From Bacteroidota bacterium (GTDB lineage Bacteria > Bacteroidota > Bacteroidia > Chitinophagales > Chitinophagaceae), in assembly GCA_023392575.1 (NCBI GenBank), contig JAEVYV010000319.1, forward strand, positions 1 to 51,143: a DNA stretch of 51,143 bases, in the 5' to 3' direction. Position 1 is the stretch's first letter. Each line of letters begins with the position of its first letter. Under the pieces are notes generated by a model. The model had not been told where the DNA came from. It saw only the letters and a list, made by a program, of their open reading frames with translations, and searched no databases. Shown one piece after another: positions 26,901-34,952 of this stretch. Both the position numbers and the translations under genes were made by a program.

Positions 26901-27113
26901 TTCCAGAATGGAGGTGTTTGGGCCGATGGTAAATCCGTACAACTCCCGGATCTTTTGCCTTGTTCTATCGCTGGCCAACACAATGTGCAGGTTCTTGTCC
27001 AGCAGCAAAAGAGTATCCTCAAAGCTGTCCAGAATGAGTTGTAAAGCATCCTCCTGGGACAGGCCCTGGCCAATAGCCAAACGGTTATTATCGTGAAAAG
27101 ACGGGTTTCTCAT
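23946..27113 (-). CDS. Cytoplasmic multi-PAS + GAF histidine kinase (HisKA_3 type)
   Basis: Repeated WDWD...IHPDD...YR...DG.Y PAS_3 motifs; ERMEIGKELHDNVNQ H-box; QEALNNAIKHA; DNGIGF. No TM segment seen. Confidence 0.92.
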   Translation of the reverse strand: MRNPSFHDNNRLAIGQGLSQEDALQLILDSFEDTLLLLDKNLHIVLASDRTRQKIRELYGFTIGPNTSILELATPKELPLVTDVCARVLQGAVETTESQIVIDGAVNYIKHYFQPIKDAAENVTGLVVRSKNITDKKKAEIEQLEAKEQLALSEQQYRTLFYNNPLPCWIYHSRTLKFLEVNEAAVRHYGYSRDEFLNLSIFDIQVEDNMADFLQLFTGKVVQKTFSLTNWRHKIKDGRSIFIDLKSNAINYQGAEARLVVVQDVTPRVVIETELRKSNERFRLAAIASSEALWEWDMLTEEAYISSTYTDILGWKAEEFRKYDTWEDYIHPDDKNQTLESYYRAIQDNTVDRWEKEYRYLKADGTYAVVHDKAVILRNIHGRALKVVGALRNITNEKQIEEEIRRTNERYKHVILATHDMIWDWDLATNEMLWSDSFFEKFGWPAHKGPVLSFDHCTDHLYPDDRERVVQGLHAVINDPKQTNWQDSFRYQRANGSYAYVTDRGYVIRDSEGKAIRMIGAMKDITESKRSEDLLSLERTIFELSANPEHEIQKVVETFLNGIEEIYPEAITSVFLLSEDHVIESVIAPRFPASLTAAIKGSPIGPDEGCSGAAMYFKKTFISADTSNDPLYQKYKDQVARFRLSACWSFPIIHASGRVMGSFSVYYNTPQAPSPEELTIFERFRNILRIVMENRWSLQQIKTDNERFDIVMKATHDLIWDWDLSTNTVYRDPAGVKSIYGMESNSEIYHMDRWLTYIHPEDQGKVKKIIDGIRHSSKPEKVETEYRFKRVNGTYAHIYDRGIIIRDESGQAVRVIGAAQDISERKRLERELLNTELEHQKAINLATIETQEQERMEIGKELHDNVNQLLTTTKLYLDLAFSSPDLKDELILKSNKNILNVINEIRQLSRSLMNPSIGDLGLMDSVRDLIENINLTRKLNVSLSTDEKLEDLLDKNQKLTVFRIIQEALNNAIKHAKATGVSIRMAQNTGAAEVIIEDNGIGFNVQTVRRGAGLKNIQNRIYLINGSHTIESTLNKGSRIMISFPIMQTNTLHPQ

Positions 27114-27298
27114 GGTGCTGTGCGAGACAAATATCGAAAATAAGGAATTCGTTTTTTAGTGGAATCTCTTAGGGATTTAAAGTTTTAATAAATAAGTGTT
27201 TCTTGCTAGTGCGTTTGCGTAAAACGCTTTCCTTTAGCCAAAATACTTGTTTTAAATCAAGTTTAAATGGTTCAAATTTGTAAGGATAAAACTTTTTC

Positions 27299-28030
27299 AT
27301 GCAAAGACAGATTACTTCCTGGTACAGCCATCAGTTGGATAAGGACATGCCGGTGGCGGTTTATGGCCATTACGGATTTGCGCTGTTGCTGATACCCACA
27401 GCCGCTGCGGATTACCTGGAGTACGAACGCTTTCAATTGATTGATGCACTGGCGCCTTTTATTGACGGAGGCAAGGTGAAGGTTTTTTCGATCAACAGCG
27501 TGAACAGCGAAAGCTGGTTGAATGATCATGTTGAGCCGCGTCAAAAAATCCGGCGCCACCAACAGTTTAATGCCTATGTATATGAGGAAGTAATCCCCTA
27601 TGTAAAGAAGCAAACCAGTGATGAAACCTCCATCATTGTGTGCGGCGCTTCTTTTGGCGCCTTTCACAGCATGAACCTGTTTTTAAAACGACCCGATCTG
27701 CTCCAGGGGGTGATTGCCATGAGCGGCGTGTACGATCTTACCGAATACACCAGGGGGTATTTTGATGATGACGTGTATTTCAACAGTCCCCAGCATTATA
27801 TTCCCAACCTGACAGATCATACCATTTTGGAGCAGATCCAGCAGAGTCACCACATCCATATTTTTACCGGCAGCGGGGCCTACGAAGATCCCAATGCCAG
27901 CCGGAGTTTTGCTTCGCTTTTGTACAGCAAGGGAATCAATTATGAACTGGATGTGTGGGGGCCGGAGTGGCCGCACGACTGGAATACCTGGCGAACAGTG
28001 CTGCCGCATTATTTGGAAACGAGATTTTGA
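27299..28030 (+). CDS. Esterase family alpha/beta hydrolase
   Basis: GASFG nucleophile elbow; HDWNTW catalytic His region. Confidence 0.88.
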   Translation: MQRQITSWYSHQLDKDMPVAVYGHYGFALLLIPTAAADYLEYERFQLIDALAPFIDGGKVKVFSINSVNSESWLNDHVEPRQKIRRHQQFNAYVYEEVIPYVKKQTSDETSIIVCGASFGAFHSMNLFLKRPDLLQGVIAMSGVYDLTEYTRGYFDDDVYFNSPQHYIPNLTDHTILEQIQQSHHIHIFTGSGAYEDPNASRSFASLLYSKGINYELDVWGPEWPHDWNTWRTVLPHYLETRF

Positions 28031-28034
28031 AGGA

Positions 28035-28251
28035 GTTTGTGGTTTGTGGTTTATAGTTTGAAGTTGGGTTTCCTGCAATTGAAAAATCCTAAGGAAAAAT
28101 GGTTTTCTGCTGTTGAATCACCATAGGAAGCCGGTAATCAAAACTTGGCAGAATTAAAATAGTGCTAGAAAACTTGCTTTAATACAAGGTCCTGCATCTG
28201 TATGCTACTACAACCTAAAAAACTACAAACCAAAAACTATAAACTAGAAAC
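28035..28251. repeat. Inverted heptamer tracts (gtttgtg / tacaaac type) between convergent genes
   Basis: gtttgtg gtttgtg gtttata gtttgaa opposed by tacaaac caaaaac tataaac tagaaac. Confidence 0.75.
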
Positions 28252-28254
28252 TTT

Positions 28255-28548
28255 TTACGCCGGAACCGTTTCCAGCGTGGCTCCAATGCCGCGGTCGGTA
28301 ATGGCATCGCACATGGGCTTCAGCTTTTCGTAAAAGCCGTGCTTGACCGCATACTTTCCTTTGTAGTGAATAATGTAAGCACATTGTTCGGCCTGCTCGT
28401 ACGTGTGGTCGCACACTTCCATCAAAGATTCAATCACCCAGTCAAAGGTATTGACCTCATCATTCCATACGATCAACTGAAGGGGATCAACCGTGTCGGT
28501 CATCACATCTTCCAGTTCATAAGGACTTATGGCTTCCGAGCTTTTCAT
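28255..28548 (-). CDS. clpS: ATP-dependent Clp protease adaptor ClpS
   Basis: LIVWNDEVNTFDWVI and QAEQCAYIIHYKGK motifs. TACCTTTG -7 element at 28556-28563. Confidence 0.9.
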   Translation of the reverse strand: MKSSEAISPYELEDVMTDTVDPLQLIVWNDEVNTFDWVIESLMEVCDHTYEQAEQCAYIIHYKGKYAVKHGFYEKLKPMCDAITDRGIGATLETVPA

Positions 28549-28657
28549 AACCTTGCAAAGGTATACACCGTTTTATTAAAAAAGCAAGGGAATGACTGGA
28601 GCAGCAAGTAGTTTATTCAAGTTGGCTGATGGGCAACAGGCTCTGGGTCAGCCACCC

Positions 28658-29140
28658 TCAATACTCGGTTTTGTTGGGACTTTGTTCCCATTTGCGGAAG
28701 GCTTCCAGGGCCTCTTGCCTTAAAAGCTGCCGGGTAAAAAGCTGTCTTTGATCCACGGGTTTTTGCAGTTCGTCGTAAATAAACTGGTCGTCAAAATTGA
28801 TGGCGGCCGCATCCTGTTTGCTGTTGGCAAAATATAATTTGTCAAAGCGTGCCCAGTAAATGGCGGCCAGGCACATGGGGCAGGGTTCGCAACTGGCGTA
28901 TATTTCACAGCCCGTTAAATCAAAACTGTTCAGCGCTTTTCCGGCATTGCGTATGGCCACTACTTCGGCGTGTGCCGTGGGGTCGTTGGTGGAGGTTACT
29001 TCGTTGACTCCATGGGCGATGATCTTTCCCCCCTTCACTATTACGGCGCCAAAAGGTCCGCCTTTGCCCTGTTCAACATTATCAACTGAAAGTTGAATGG
29101 CTTCACGCATAAAAGTTTCCGCATTCTGTTGATTGCTCAT
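28658..29140 (-). CDS. guaD: Nucleoside/guanine deaminase (cytidine deaminase fold, GuaD-like)
   Basis: GGPFGA, NDPTAHAE and CEPCPMCLAAIYWA motifs. Confidence 0.85.
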   Translation of the reverse strand: MSNQQNAETFMREAIQLSVDNVEQGKGGPFGAVIVKGGKIIAHGVNEVTSTNDPTAHAEVVAIRNAGKALNSFDLTGCEIYASCEPCPMCLAAIYWARFDKLYFANSKQDAAAINFDDQFIYDELQKPVDQRQLFTRQLLRQEALEAFRKWEQSPNKTEY

Positions 29141-29182
29141 ACTGCAGGCTTATTGATTTTGGTTAACAATGAATTTGTATGC

Positions 29183-30508
29183 TTAAAACTGCATGGAAAA
29201 AACCGTTCCTTTATTTTCTATGGATTGAACCTGAATGGTGCCGCGGTGCAGCATCACAATTTGTTTGCACAAGCTAAGCCCGATGCCGCTGCCGCTTTTC
29301 TTCGTACTAAAAAAAGGGATGAATATTTTATCCAGCACTTCTTCGGGAATGCCGGGCCCGTTATCCGCTACTTTTAAAACAATTTTTTTATTCAGCGTTT
29401 GTTCGGCCGATAAAATAATTTTTGGTTCTGCCTGTTCTTTTACGGCTTCAATGGCGTTTACAATGAGGTTGATCAAAACCTGTTCTATTAAGCTTTGATC
29501 GGCCTCCAGTGCCAGGTCGGTGTCTTTGATAATGATCTCCAGGTCAATATTTTTTTGCTCAAACGTGGGGTTCATCAACTGGTTCAGGTTGGCAAACAAC
29601 TCCCGTATGTACACCTTGTGCACATTCAGCTTGGTGATCTTATTGAGGTTGCGGTAGGTTTCTGCAAATTTTAATAAGCCTTCGCTTCTTCGTTTAATGG
29701 TGTCAATCCCCAGTTCCAGGTCTTCCAGCGTGTCGCCATCATTTGAGGCCAGGCGGTTTTTTAAGGTTTCGGCCAGGGAAGAAATCGGCGCCACCGAATT
29801 CATGATCTCATGCGTCATTACACTCAATAGTTTTTGCCAGGCTTTTGATTCGGTTTCATCCAGGGCTTCGTTCACATTTTGAAAAGCAATGAGCTTGAAT
29901 TTTTTTTGCTCGGTTTGAAAAGCCGTAGCCGATAGTAAAACTTTGAAATAGGATTTTTCCAGATGCACGGTTGCAATCCGGCTCTCGCCGGGTTTCAGCT
30001 GGCTGACCTCTTCAAATAAAACCCGGTCTCTTTTTTCCAGCGAATGGATGGTTTTTAGGTAAGGCAGCTGCAGCATTCTTTTTAATGATTCGTTCATCCA
30101 TACTACTTCACCGGAATCCAGTTCGTAGGACAAAATACCGGTGTCCACCAGTTCCAGTATTTTTTGCAGGTATTGATACTGCGTTTCCTTTTCTTTACTG
30201 ATCACTTTGAACGTGGTGTTGATCTCGTTAAATCCCTGCCGCAGCGGCAGAATATCGGCGGAGGCGTGTTTTACATCGAAATAGCGGGAAAAATCCCGGT
30301 AGTGAATGGCCTCTACAAACTGGTTGATCTCATCATAGGTTTTTTTCTGAAAGCGGATGAACTCAATGATCTGGTACGCCAGCAGCGGAACCAACAGGGC
30401 AAGGTACAAATGCCATTGCTTTACAATAAAGAACGAAGCCCCCATCAGGGTGATGAACAGCAACAGCACTCTTGATAAGAGCCGCCATTGAAAATTTTTA
30501 AAAATCAT
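29183..30508 (-). CDS. Membrane sensor histidine kinase (NtrY-like)
   Basis: Two N-terminal TM helices; THEIMNS H-box; NAIEA, DNGPG and GSGIGLS motifs. Confidence 0.92.
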   Translation of the reverse strand: MIFKNFQWRLLSRVLLLFITLMGASFFIVKQWHLYLALLVPLLAYQIIEFIRFQKKTYDEINQFVEAIHYRDFSRYFDVKHASADILPLRQGFNEINTTFKVISKEKETQYQYLQKILELVDTGILSYELDSGEVVWMNESLKRMLQLPYLKTIHSLEKRDRVLFEEVSQLKPGESRIATVHLEKSYFKVLLSATAFQTEQKKFKLIAFQNVNEALDETESKAWQKLLSVMTHEIMNSVAPISSLAETLKNRLASNDGDTLEDLELGIDTIKRRSEGLLKFAETYRNLNKITKLNVHKVYIRELFANLNQLMNPTFEQKNIDLEIIIKDTDLALEADQSLIEQVLINLIVNAIEAVKEQAEPKIILSAEQTLNKKIVLKVADNGPGIPEEVLDKIFIPFFSTKKSGSGIGLSLCKQIVMLHRGTIQVQSIENKGTVFSMQF

Positions 30509-30557
30509 GCTTTTCAGATAGAAAGGGTTTGCGTTTTGAGTGTTTGTTTTTTATGTT

Positions 30558-30803
30558 ACCGGCTTTTGTGCTACCATGGATCGTCCCTTGCGTCGCACTC
30601 TTCAACTGCAGTAACTTCTATCACCTTTTTTTTGAACCACATAGGCACATAGGAACAGAGGGATTCACATAGAGCTTTGTTTTATTCTATGTGGGCCTTC
30701 TATGTGCCTATGCTTCTATTGTGGTTCAAACCTTGCTCAACAGAATTACCGGAAGTACAAGTGAGTGACACAACAGAAGCCTCATAGCAGCACTTCCGCT
30801 GGT
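30558..30803. repeat. Nested palindromic element: outer ~60-bp imperfect inverted arms around an inner cacatag-repeat hairpin
   Basis: Inner tttgaaccac (30631) / gtggttcaaa (30721) perfect 10-bp ends. Outer arms 30558-30619 and 30742-30803. Confidence 0.7.
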
Positions 30804-30884
30804 GACACTATTATCATCTTTTTAAAAGAGCTAATGGAAATAAAAAGTTTCACTGGCCCAGCTGCTTCTTCGTGGAGGCAGAAG

Positions 30885-32243
30885 CTAAATGTCGTATTTA
30901 TTCAGCCGCCGGTATAAGGCCGTACGGGTAATGCCTAATTCCTTGGCTGCTTTTGAGATGTTTCCGCTGTGTTTTTCAATTACACGGAGGATGGTGTTTT
31001 TTTCTACCGTGCCCAGGTTGGTGTGTTGCACCTCTTCTGTTATCACGGTTGTTTCAATGGGCGAGAAAATAATGTCCCTCGCCGACAACGTATTTCCTTC
31101 GGCCATGATGACGGCTCTTTCAATGGTGTATTGCAGTTCACGGACATTGCCGGGGTAATGATAGCTCATTAATTTTTCCACCGCTTTGTCGTCAAAATCC
31201 AGTGTTGATTTTAAATATTTGTTGCTGTAGACCTTACTATAATGTTTGGCTAACAACAGGATGTCTTTTTCACGCCGGCGTAAAGGTGGAATGACAATCT
31301 CCACGGTATTGATGCGGTAGATCAGATCTTTTCGAAATCGGTTTTCATTGGCCAGCTCCGAGATAGGAATATTGGTGGCGCAAACCAGGCGGATGTCAAT
31401 GGGGATGGTTTCGTTGCTGCCCAGTTTTGTTACCAGGCGGTTTTGCAAAACCGTCAGCAACTTGGCCTGCTGGTGCAGGGAGATATTGCCGATCTCGTCC
31501 AAAAAAAGTGTCCCGCCCTGGGCGGCTTCAAAGCGGCCCATTCTGTCTTCTCTTGCATCGGTAAAGGCCCCTTTTTTATGACCGAACAATTCGCTTTCAA
31601 AAAGCGATTCCGTCAGGGCTCCAACATCTACTTTAATAAAAGGTTTTGTGGCCCTGTTGGAAAAATGATGAATGGCTTTGGCAATGAGTTCCTTGCCGGT
31701 GCCGTTTTCGCCCAGTATTAAAATATTGGCATCAGTAGGGGCGATCTTTTGAATTTTATAAAAGATGTCCTGCATTACTTCCGACTTGCCCAGCAACTCG
31801 GTTTCAAAAATGGACGAAGAAGGCAAGACCTGCGAAGAGGAGCCCTTGTCGTCTTTCCTTTTTATGGCTTCTTTTATGGTGGTAAGCAGCCTTTCGTTAT
31901 GCCAGGGCTTCACCACAAAATCAAAGGCGCCTTCTTTTAAGGAACGGATAGCGAGGTCAATATCACCATAGGCGGTGATCATGATAACGGATGCGCTGGA
32001 GCGAAACTCTTCCTTGATCTTTTTTAGCCAGAAAATGCCTTCGTTACCCGTATTGATGGAACTGTTGAAATTCATATCCAGCAGGATTACATCGAATTCC
32101 TGTTTGGATAAAATGGAGCGGAGGTTTTCAGGGTTTTTTTCCGTGACGATTTGTTTTACCTCGGGCCTCAACAGCAGGCGTACAGCGGTAAGAACATCCA
32201 CGTCATCGTCAATTACTAAAATAGAGGCCGTTTTTAAAGACAT
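30885..32243 (-). CDS. Sigma54-dependent NtrC-family response regulator (REC-AAA-Fis HTH)
   Basis: LLDMNF; GENGTGKE; ESELFGHKKGAFTDA; LFLDEIG; PGNVREL; AAKELGITRTALYRRL. Confidence 0.95.
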   Translation of the reverse strand: MSLKTASILVIDDDVDVLTAVRLLLRPEVKQIVTEKNPENLRSILSKQEFDVILLDMNFNSSINTGNEGIFWLKKIKEEFRSSASVIMITAYGDIDLAIRSLKEGAFDFVVKPWHNERLLTTIKEAIKRKDDKGSSSQVLPSSSIFETELLGKSEVMQDIFYKIQKIAPTDANILILGENGTGKELIAKAIHHFSNRATKPFIKVDVGALTESLFESELFGHKKGAFTDAREDRMGRFEAAQGGTLFLDEIGNISLHQQAKLLTVLQNRLVTKLGSNETIPIDIRLVCATNIPISELANENRFRKDLIYRINTVEIVIPPLRRREKDILLLAKHYSKVYSNKYLKSTLDFDDKAVEKLMSYHYPGNVRELQYTIERAVIMAEGNTLSARDIIFSPIETTVITEEVQHTNLGTVEKNTILRVIEKHSGNISKAAKELGITRTALYRRLNKYDI

Positions 32244-32244
32244 A

Positions 32245-32390
32245 GTTCTTTGTTTCTTGTTTTTGGTTTCTGGTTTCTTGTTTTTAGGCCGGACCGGTTT
32301 TCATTTGTTTTCTTTCCGCTGCAGCGTGTTGCTTATGAAAAGAACGGTGTGGCAGAGCAACAAGAAACTAAAAACGAGGAACCATAAACT
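32245..32390. repeat. Inverted heptamer tracts (gtttctt / aagaaac type) immediately upstream of the regulator start
   Basis: gtttctt gtttttg gtttctg gtttctt opposed by aagaaac taaaaac gaggaac cataaac. Confidence 0.75.
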
Positions 32391-32492
32391 CCTTGTGGCG
32401 AAACTACAAATATGCCAGCAATGCAAGCAGTTGAAAATGAATGTACACTTTGTTTTCTGAAAGGGAACAAGTGTATCAAAAGCGGACACATT

Positions 32493-32577
32493 CTGTTCGG
32501 TAACGAACAGCTTCGTAGATTTGGAAAAATGTAACTTATTGAAAACCATAATCGTCAAATATTGGCACTGGAGTGGT
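32493..32577 (+). promoter_or_regulatory. Putative activator-binding palindrome plus sigma54-like promoter for the transporter operon
   Basis: ctgttcg-gtaa-cgaacag (32493-32510); TGGCACTGGAGTGGT (32563-32577; good -24, non-consensus -12). Divergent from a sigma54 activator gene. Confidence 0.5.
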
Positions 32578-32704
32578 AAAAGGTGAATGACCAGTGGTGA
32601 ATGGGATATCCATTATTCCAAGGCTTCGGTCAGGTACGGCGATTACGAGGAGATTGAATTGACCATTCACTATTGACCATTGACATTAAAAACAAAAACA
32701 GACC

Positions 32705-33958
32705 GTGGATAGAAAAATTGAAAAAAAGAAGTGGAACAAAAAAAGGATTCTCACTATGGCAGGAATAGCCGGGTTGGCCGTGCTGATTGCCGGCAGCGTT
32801 TACTTTACATCGGGTAAGAGTAAGCTGAATGTAGACGCCGAACGGATCACCATCAGTGAAGTGAAAAAGGGGGCTTTCCAGGAATTTATCCCGGTGAACG
32901 GGGTGGTGCTTCCGCTGACCACTATTTACCTGGACGCTATGGAAGGCGGCCGTGTTGAGGAAAAATTGGTGGAAGATGGTGCCATTGTAAAAAAAGGTCA
33001 GCCTATTATGCGCCTTTCCAATACCGACCTGGAACTAAGCCTGGTGAACCAGCAAACATCGGTTTATAACCTGCTTACCCAAATGCAGATTGCCCGTAAC
33101 GCTGCACAGCAAAACACCACGACCAAGCTTAACCAAATGACCGATGTAGACAACCAGCTAAAGGAAGCCAAGCGGGTCTATGATCTGAACAAAACCCTGT
33201 ACGAGCAAAAAGCTATAGGCCTGCAGGAGTTTAAGCAGTCGGAAAATAATTATAACTATTACGCTGAAAAAAAGAAGCTGACCGACCAGATCATGCAACA
33301 GGACCAGGCTTCTAATGCCCAACAGGTGTCGCAGGCACAGCAGTCGTACAAAGGCTCGCAAACGGCGCTGAATGTCATGCGCAAAAAAGTGGGCGACCTG
33401 ATTGTTCGGGCACCGGTGGATGGACAATTAACCTCGCTGGATGCGGAAGTAGGACAAAGCAAAAACAAGGGAGAACGCCTTGGACAAATTGATGTGCTGA
33501 GTGGCTATAAAGTAAGAGTAGATGTGGATGAGCATTACATCTCCCGTGTTTTTATCGGGTTGATGGGAGAGACTTCTTTTGCAGGAAAGAATTACAAGCT
33601 AAAGATCAATAAAGTATATACACAGGTAAACAACGGCCGCTTCCAGGTTGATATGGAATTTGAAAATGCCGTACCGGAGGGCATTCGCAGGGGACAGACC
33701 ATGCAAATCCGCCTGGCACTTAGCGATGAAACGCAGGCACTGCTGTTAGCGAAAGGCGGCTTCTATCAGCAAACAGGCGGCAACTGGGTTTTTAAAGTAG
33801 ATAAGGATGGGACAACAGCGTATAAGGTGGATGTGCAATTGGGTCGTCAAAATCCTGATTACTACGAAGTGTTGAGTGGTTTGCAGCCGGGTGATAAGAT
33901 CGTGACGTCGAGCTATGAGAATTATGGAAATATGCAGGAGCTGGTGCTGAAGAAGTAA
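32705..33958 (+). CDS. Efflux periplasmic adaptor / membrane-fusion protein (MacA/HlyD-like)
   Basis: N-terminal TM anchor; EGGRVEE..VEDG; long coiled coil; VRAPVDGQL; EVLSGLQPGDKIV. GTG start. Confidence 0.92.
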   Translation: MDRKIEKKKWNKKRILTMAGIAGLAVLIAGSVYFTSGKSKLNVDAERITISEVKKGAFQEFIPVNGVVLPLTTIYLDAMEGGRVEEKLVEDGAIVKKGQPIMRLSNTDLELSLVNQQTSVYNLLTQMQIARNAAQQNTTTKLNQMTDVDNQLKEAKRVYDLNKTLYEQKAIGLQEFKQSENNYNYYAEKKKLTDQIMQQDQASNAQQVSQAQQSYKGSQTALNVMRKKVGDLIVRAPVDGQLTSLDAEVGQSKNKGERLGQIDVLSGYKVRVDVDEHYISRVFIGLMGETSFAGKNYKLKINKVYTQVNNGRFQVDMEFENAVPEGIRRGQTMQIRLALSDETQALLLAKGGFYQQTGGNWVFKVDKDGTTAYKVDVQLGRQNPDYYEVLSGLQPGDKIVTSSYENYGNMQELVLKK

Positions 33959-34041
33959 AAGAAGTGGAAAGTGGTAAGTGGGTTGACTCTACTTACGACT
34001 AAACACACCATTAACCACTAACCAACAAAAAAACTAAAACC

Positions 34042-34191
34042 ATGAAACTGTTCTTTTTGCTGATACCATTTATGGGCATTTATATGACTTCTGCCCTGGC
34101 ACAAAAAAAGGAGTTGCCGCAGCCTGTTGAAGAAAAAGAAACGGTACACTACCGGATCATGCCGGGTAATTTATTATTCCCCTTCAATTAA
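34042..34191 (+). CDS. Unlisted 49-aa secreted peptide MKLFFLLIPFMGIYMTSALA-QKKELPQPVEEKETVHYRIMPGNLLFPFN
   Basis: Hand-translated. A-rich leader ending aaaaccATG, like the taaaccATG at 34953; hydrophobic signal peptide with ALA-Q cleavage site; sits in-operon between adaptor and ATPase. Confidence 0.7.
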   Translation: MKLFFLLIPFMGIYMTSALAQKKELPQPVEEKETVHYRIMPGNLLFPFN

Positions 34192-34219
34192 TCATAAACT
34201 TCATTCTAAACAAAAAACA

Positions 34220-34897
34220 ATGATAAAGATCAAAGACCTCGAAAAAATTTATCGAACAGAAGACGTGGAAACCGTGGCCCTGAATAAACTGACGCTTCAT
34301 GTGAACGAAGGCGAATTTGTAGCCATCATGGGACCATCCGGCTGCGGTAAATCCACCTTGTTAAACATATTGGGTTTATTGGACGATCCGGATAGCGGAA
34401 GTTTTTTGTTTAACGGAATTGAAGTGGCCAATTTTAACGAACGTAAAAGGGCCGACCTGCGTAAAAGAAATATAGGTTTTGTGTTTCAAAGCTTTAACCT
34501 GATAGATGAACTGACGGTTTATGAGAACGTGGAGCTGCCTTTGATCTACCTCGGCGCCAGGCCTTCGGAGCGCAAGCAAAGAGTAGAAGAAGTATTGGAT
34601 AAAATGCAGATCATGCACCGCCGCAATCACTATCCGCAACAACTTTCCGGTGGTCAGCAACAACGTGTGGCCGTGGCAAGGGCCGTGGTGAATAACCCTA
34701 AGATCATTCTTGCGGATGAACCGACTGGTAACCTGGATTCATCAAACGGGAATGAGGTAATGCAAATGCTTACCGACTTGAATGAGCAGGGAACCACCGT
34801 TATTATGGTGACCCACTCCGAACATGATGCCCGTTACAGCCACCGCATCATTCGCATGCTGGACGGACAGACAGTGCTGGAGAATATTATGGTTTGA
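34220..34897 (+). CDS. ABC transporter ATP-binding protein (MacB/LolD-like)
   Basis: GPSGCGKS Walker A; LSGGQQQ signature; ILADEPTGNLD. Start placed at MIKIK. Confidence 0.95.
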   Translation: MIKIKDLEKIYRTEDVETVALNKLTLHVNEGEFVAIMGPSGCGKSTLLNILGLLDDPDSGSFLFNGIEVANFNERKRADLRKRNIGFVFQSFNLIDELTVYENVELPLIYLGARPSERKQRVEEVLDKMQIMHRRNHYPQQLSGGQQQRVAVARAVVNNPKIILADEPTGNLDSSNGNEVMQMLTDLNEQGTTVIMVTHSEHDARYSHRIIRMLDGQTVLENIMV

Positions 34898-34952
34898 GCC
34901 GCCATCTGAAACATGCACAGGAGTTGTTTTATACGCCCATAAAATCTAAACC

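Noticed and set aside
34127..34219. N-terminal extension of the ABC ATPase in the ORF track
   Set aside because: It overlaps the better-supported 49-aa peptide ORF in another frame; the family-typical start is MIKIK at 34220.
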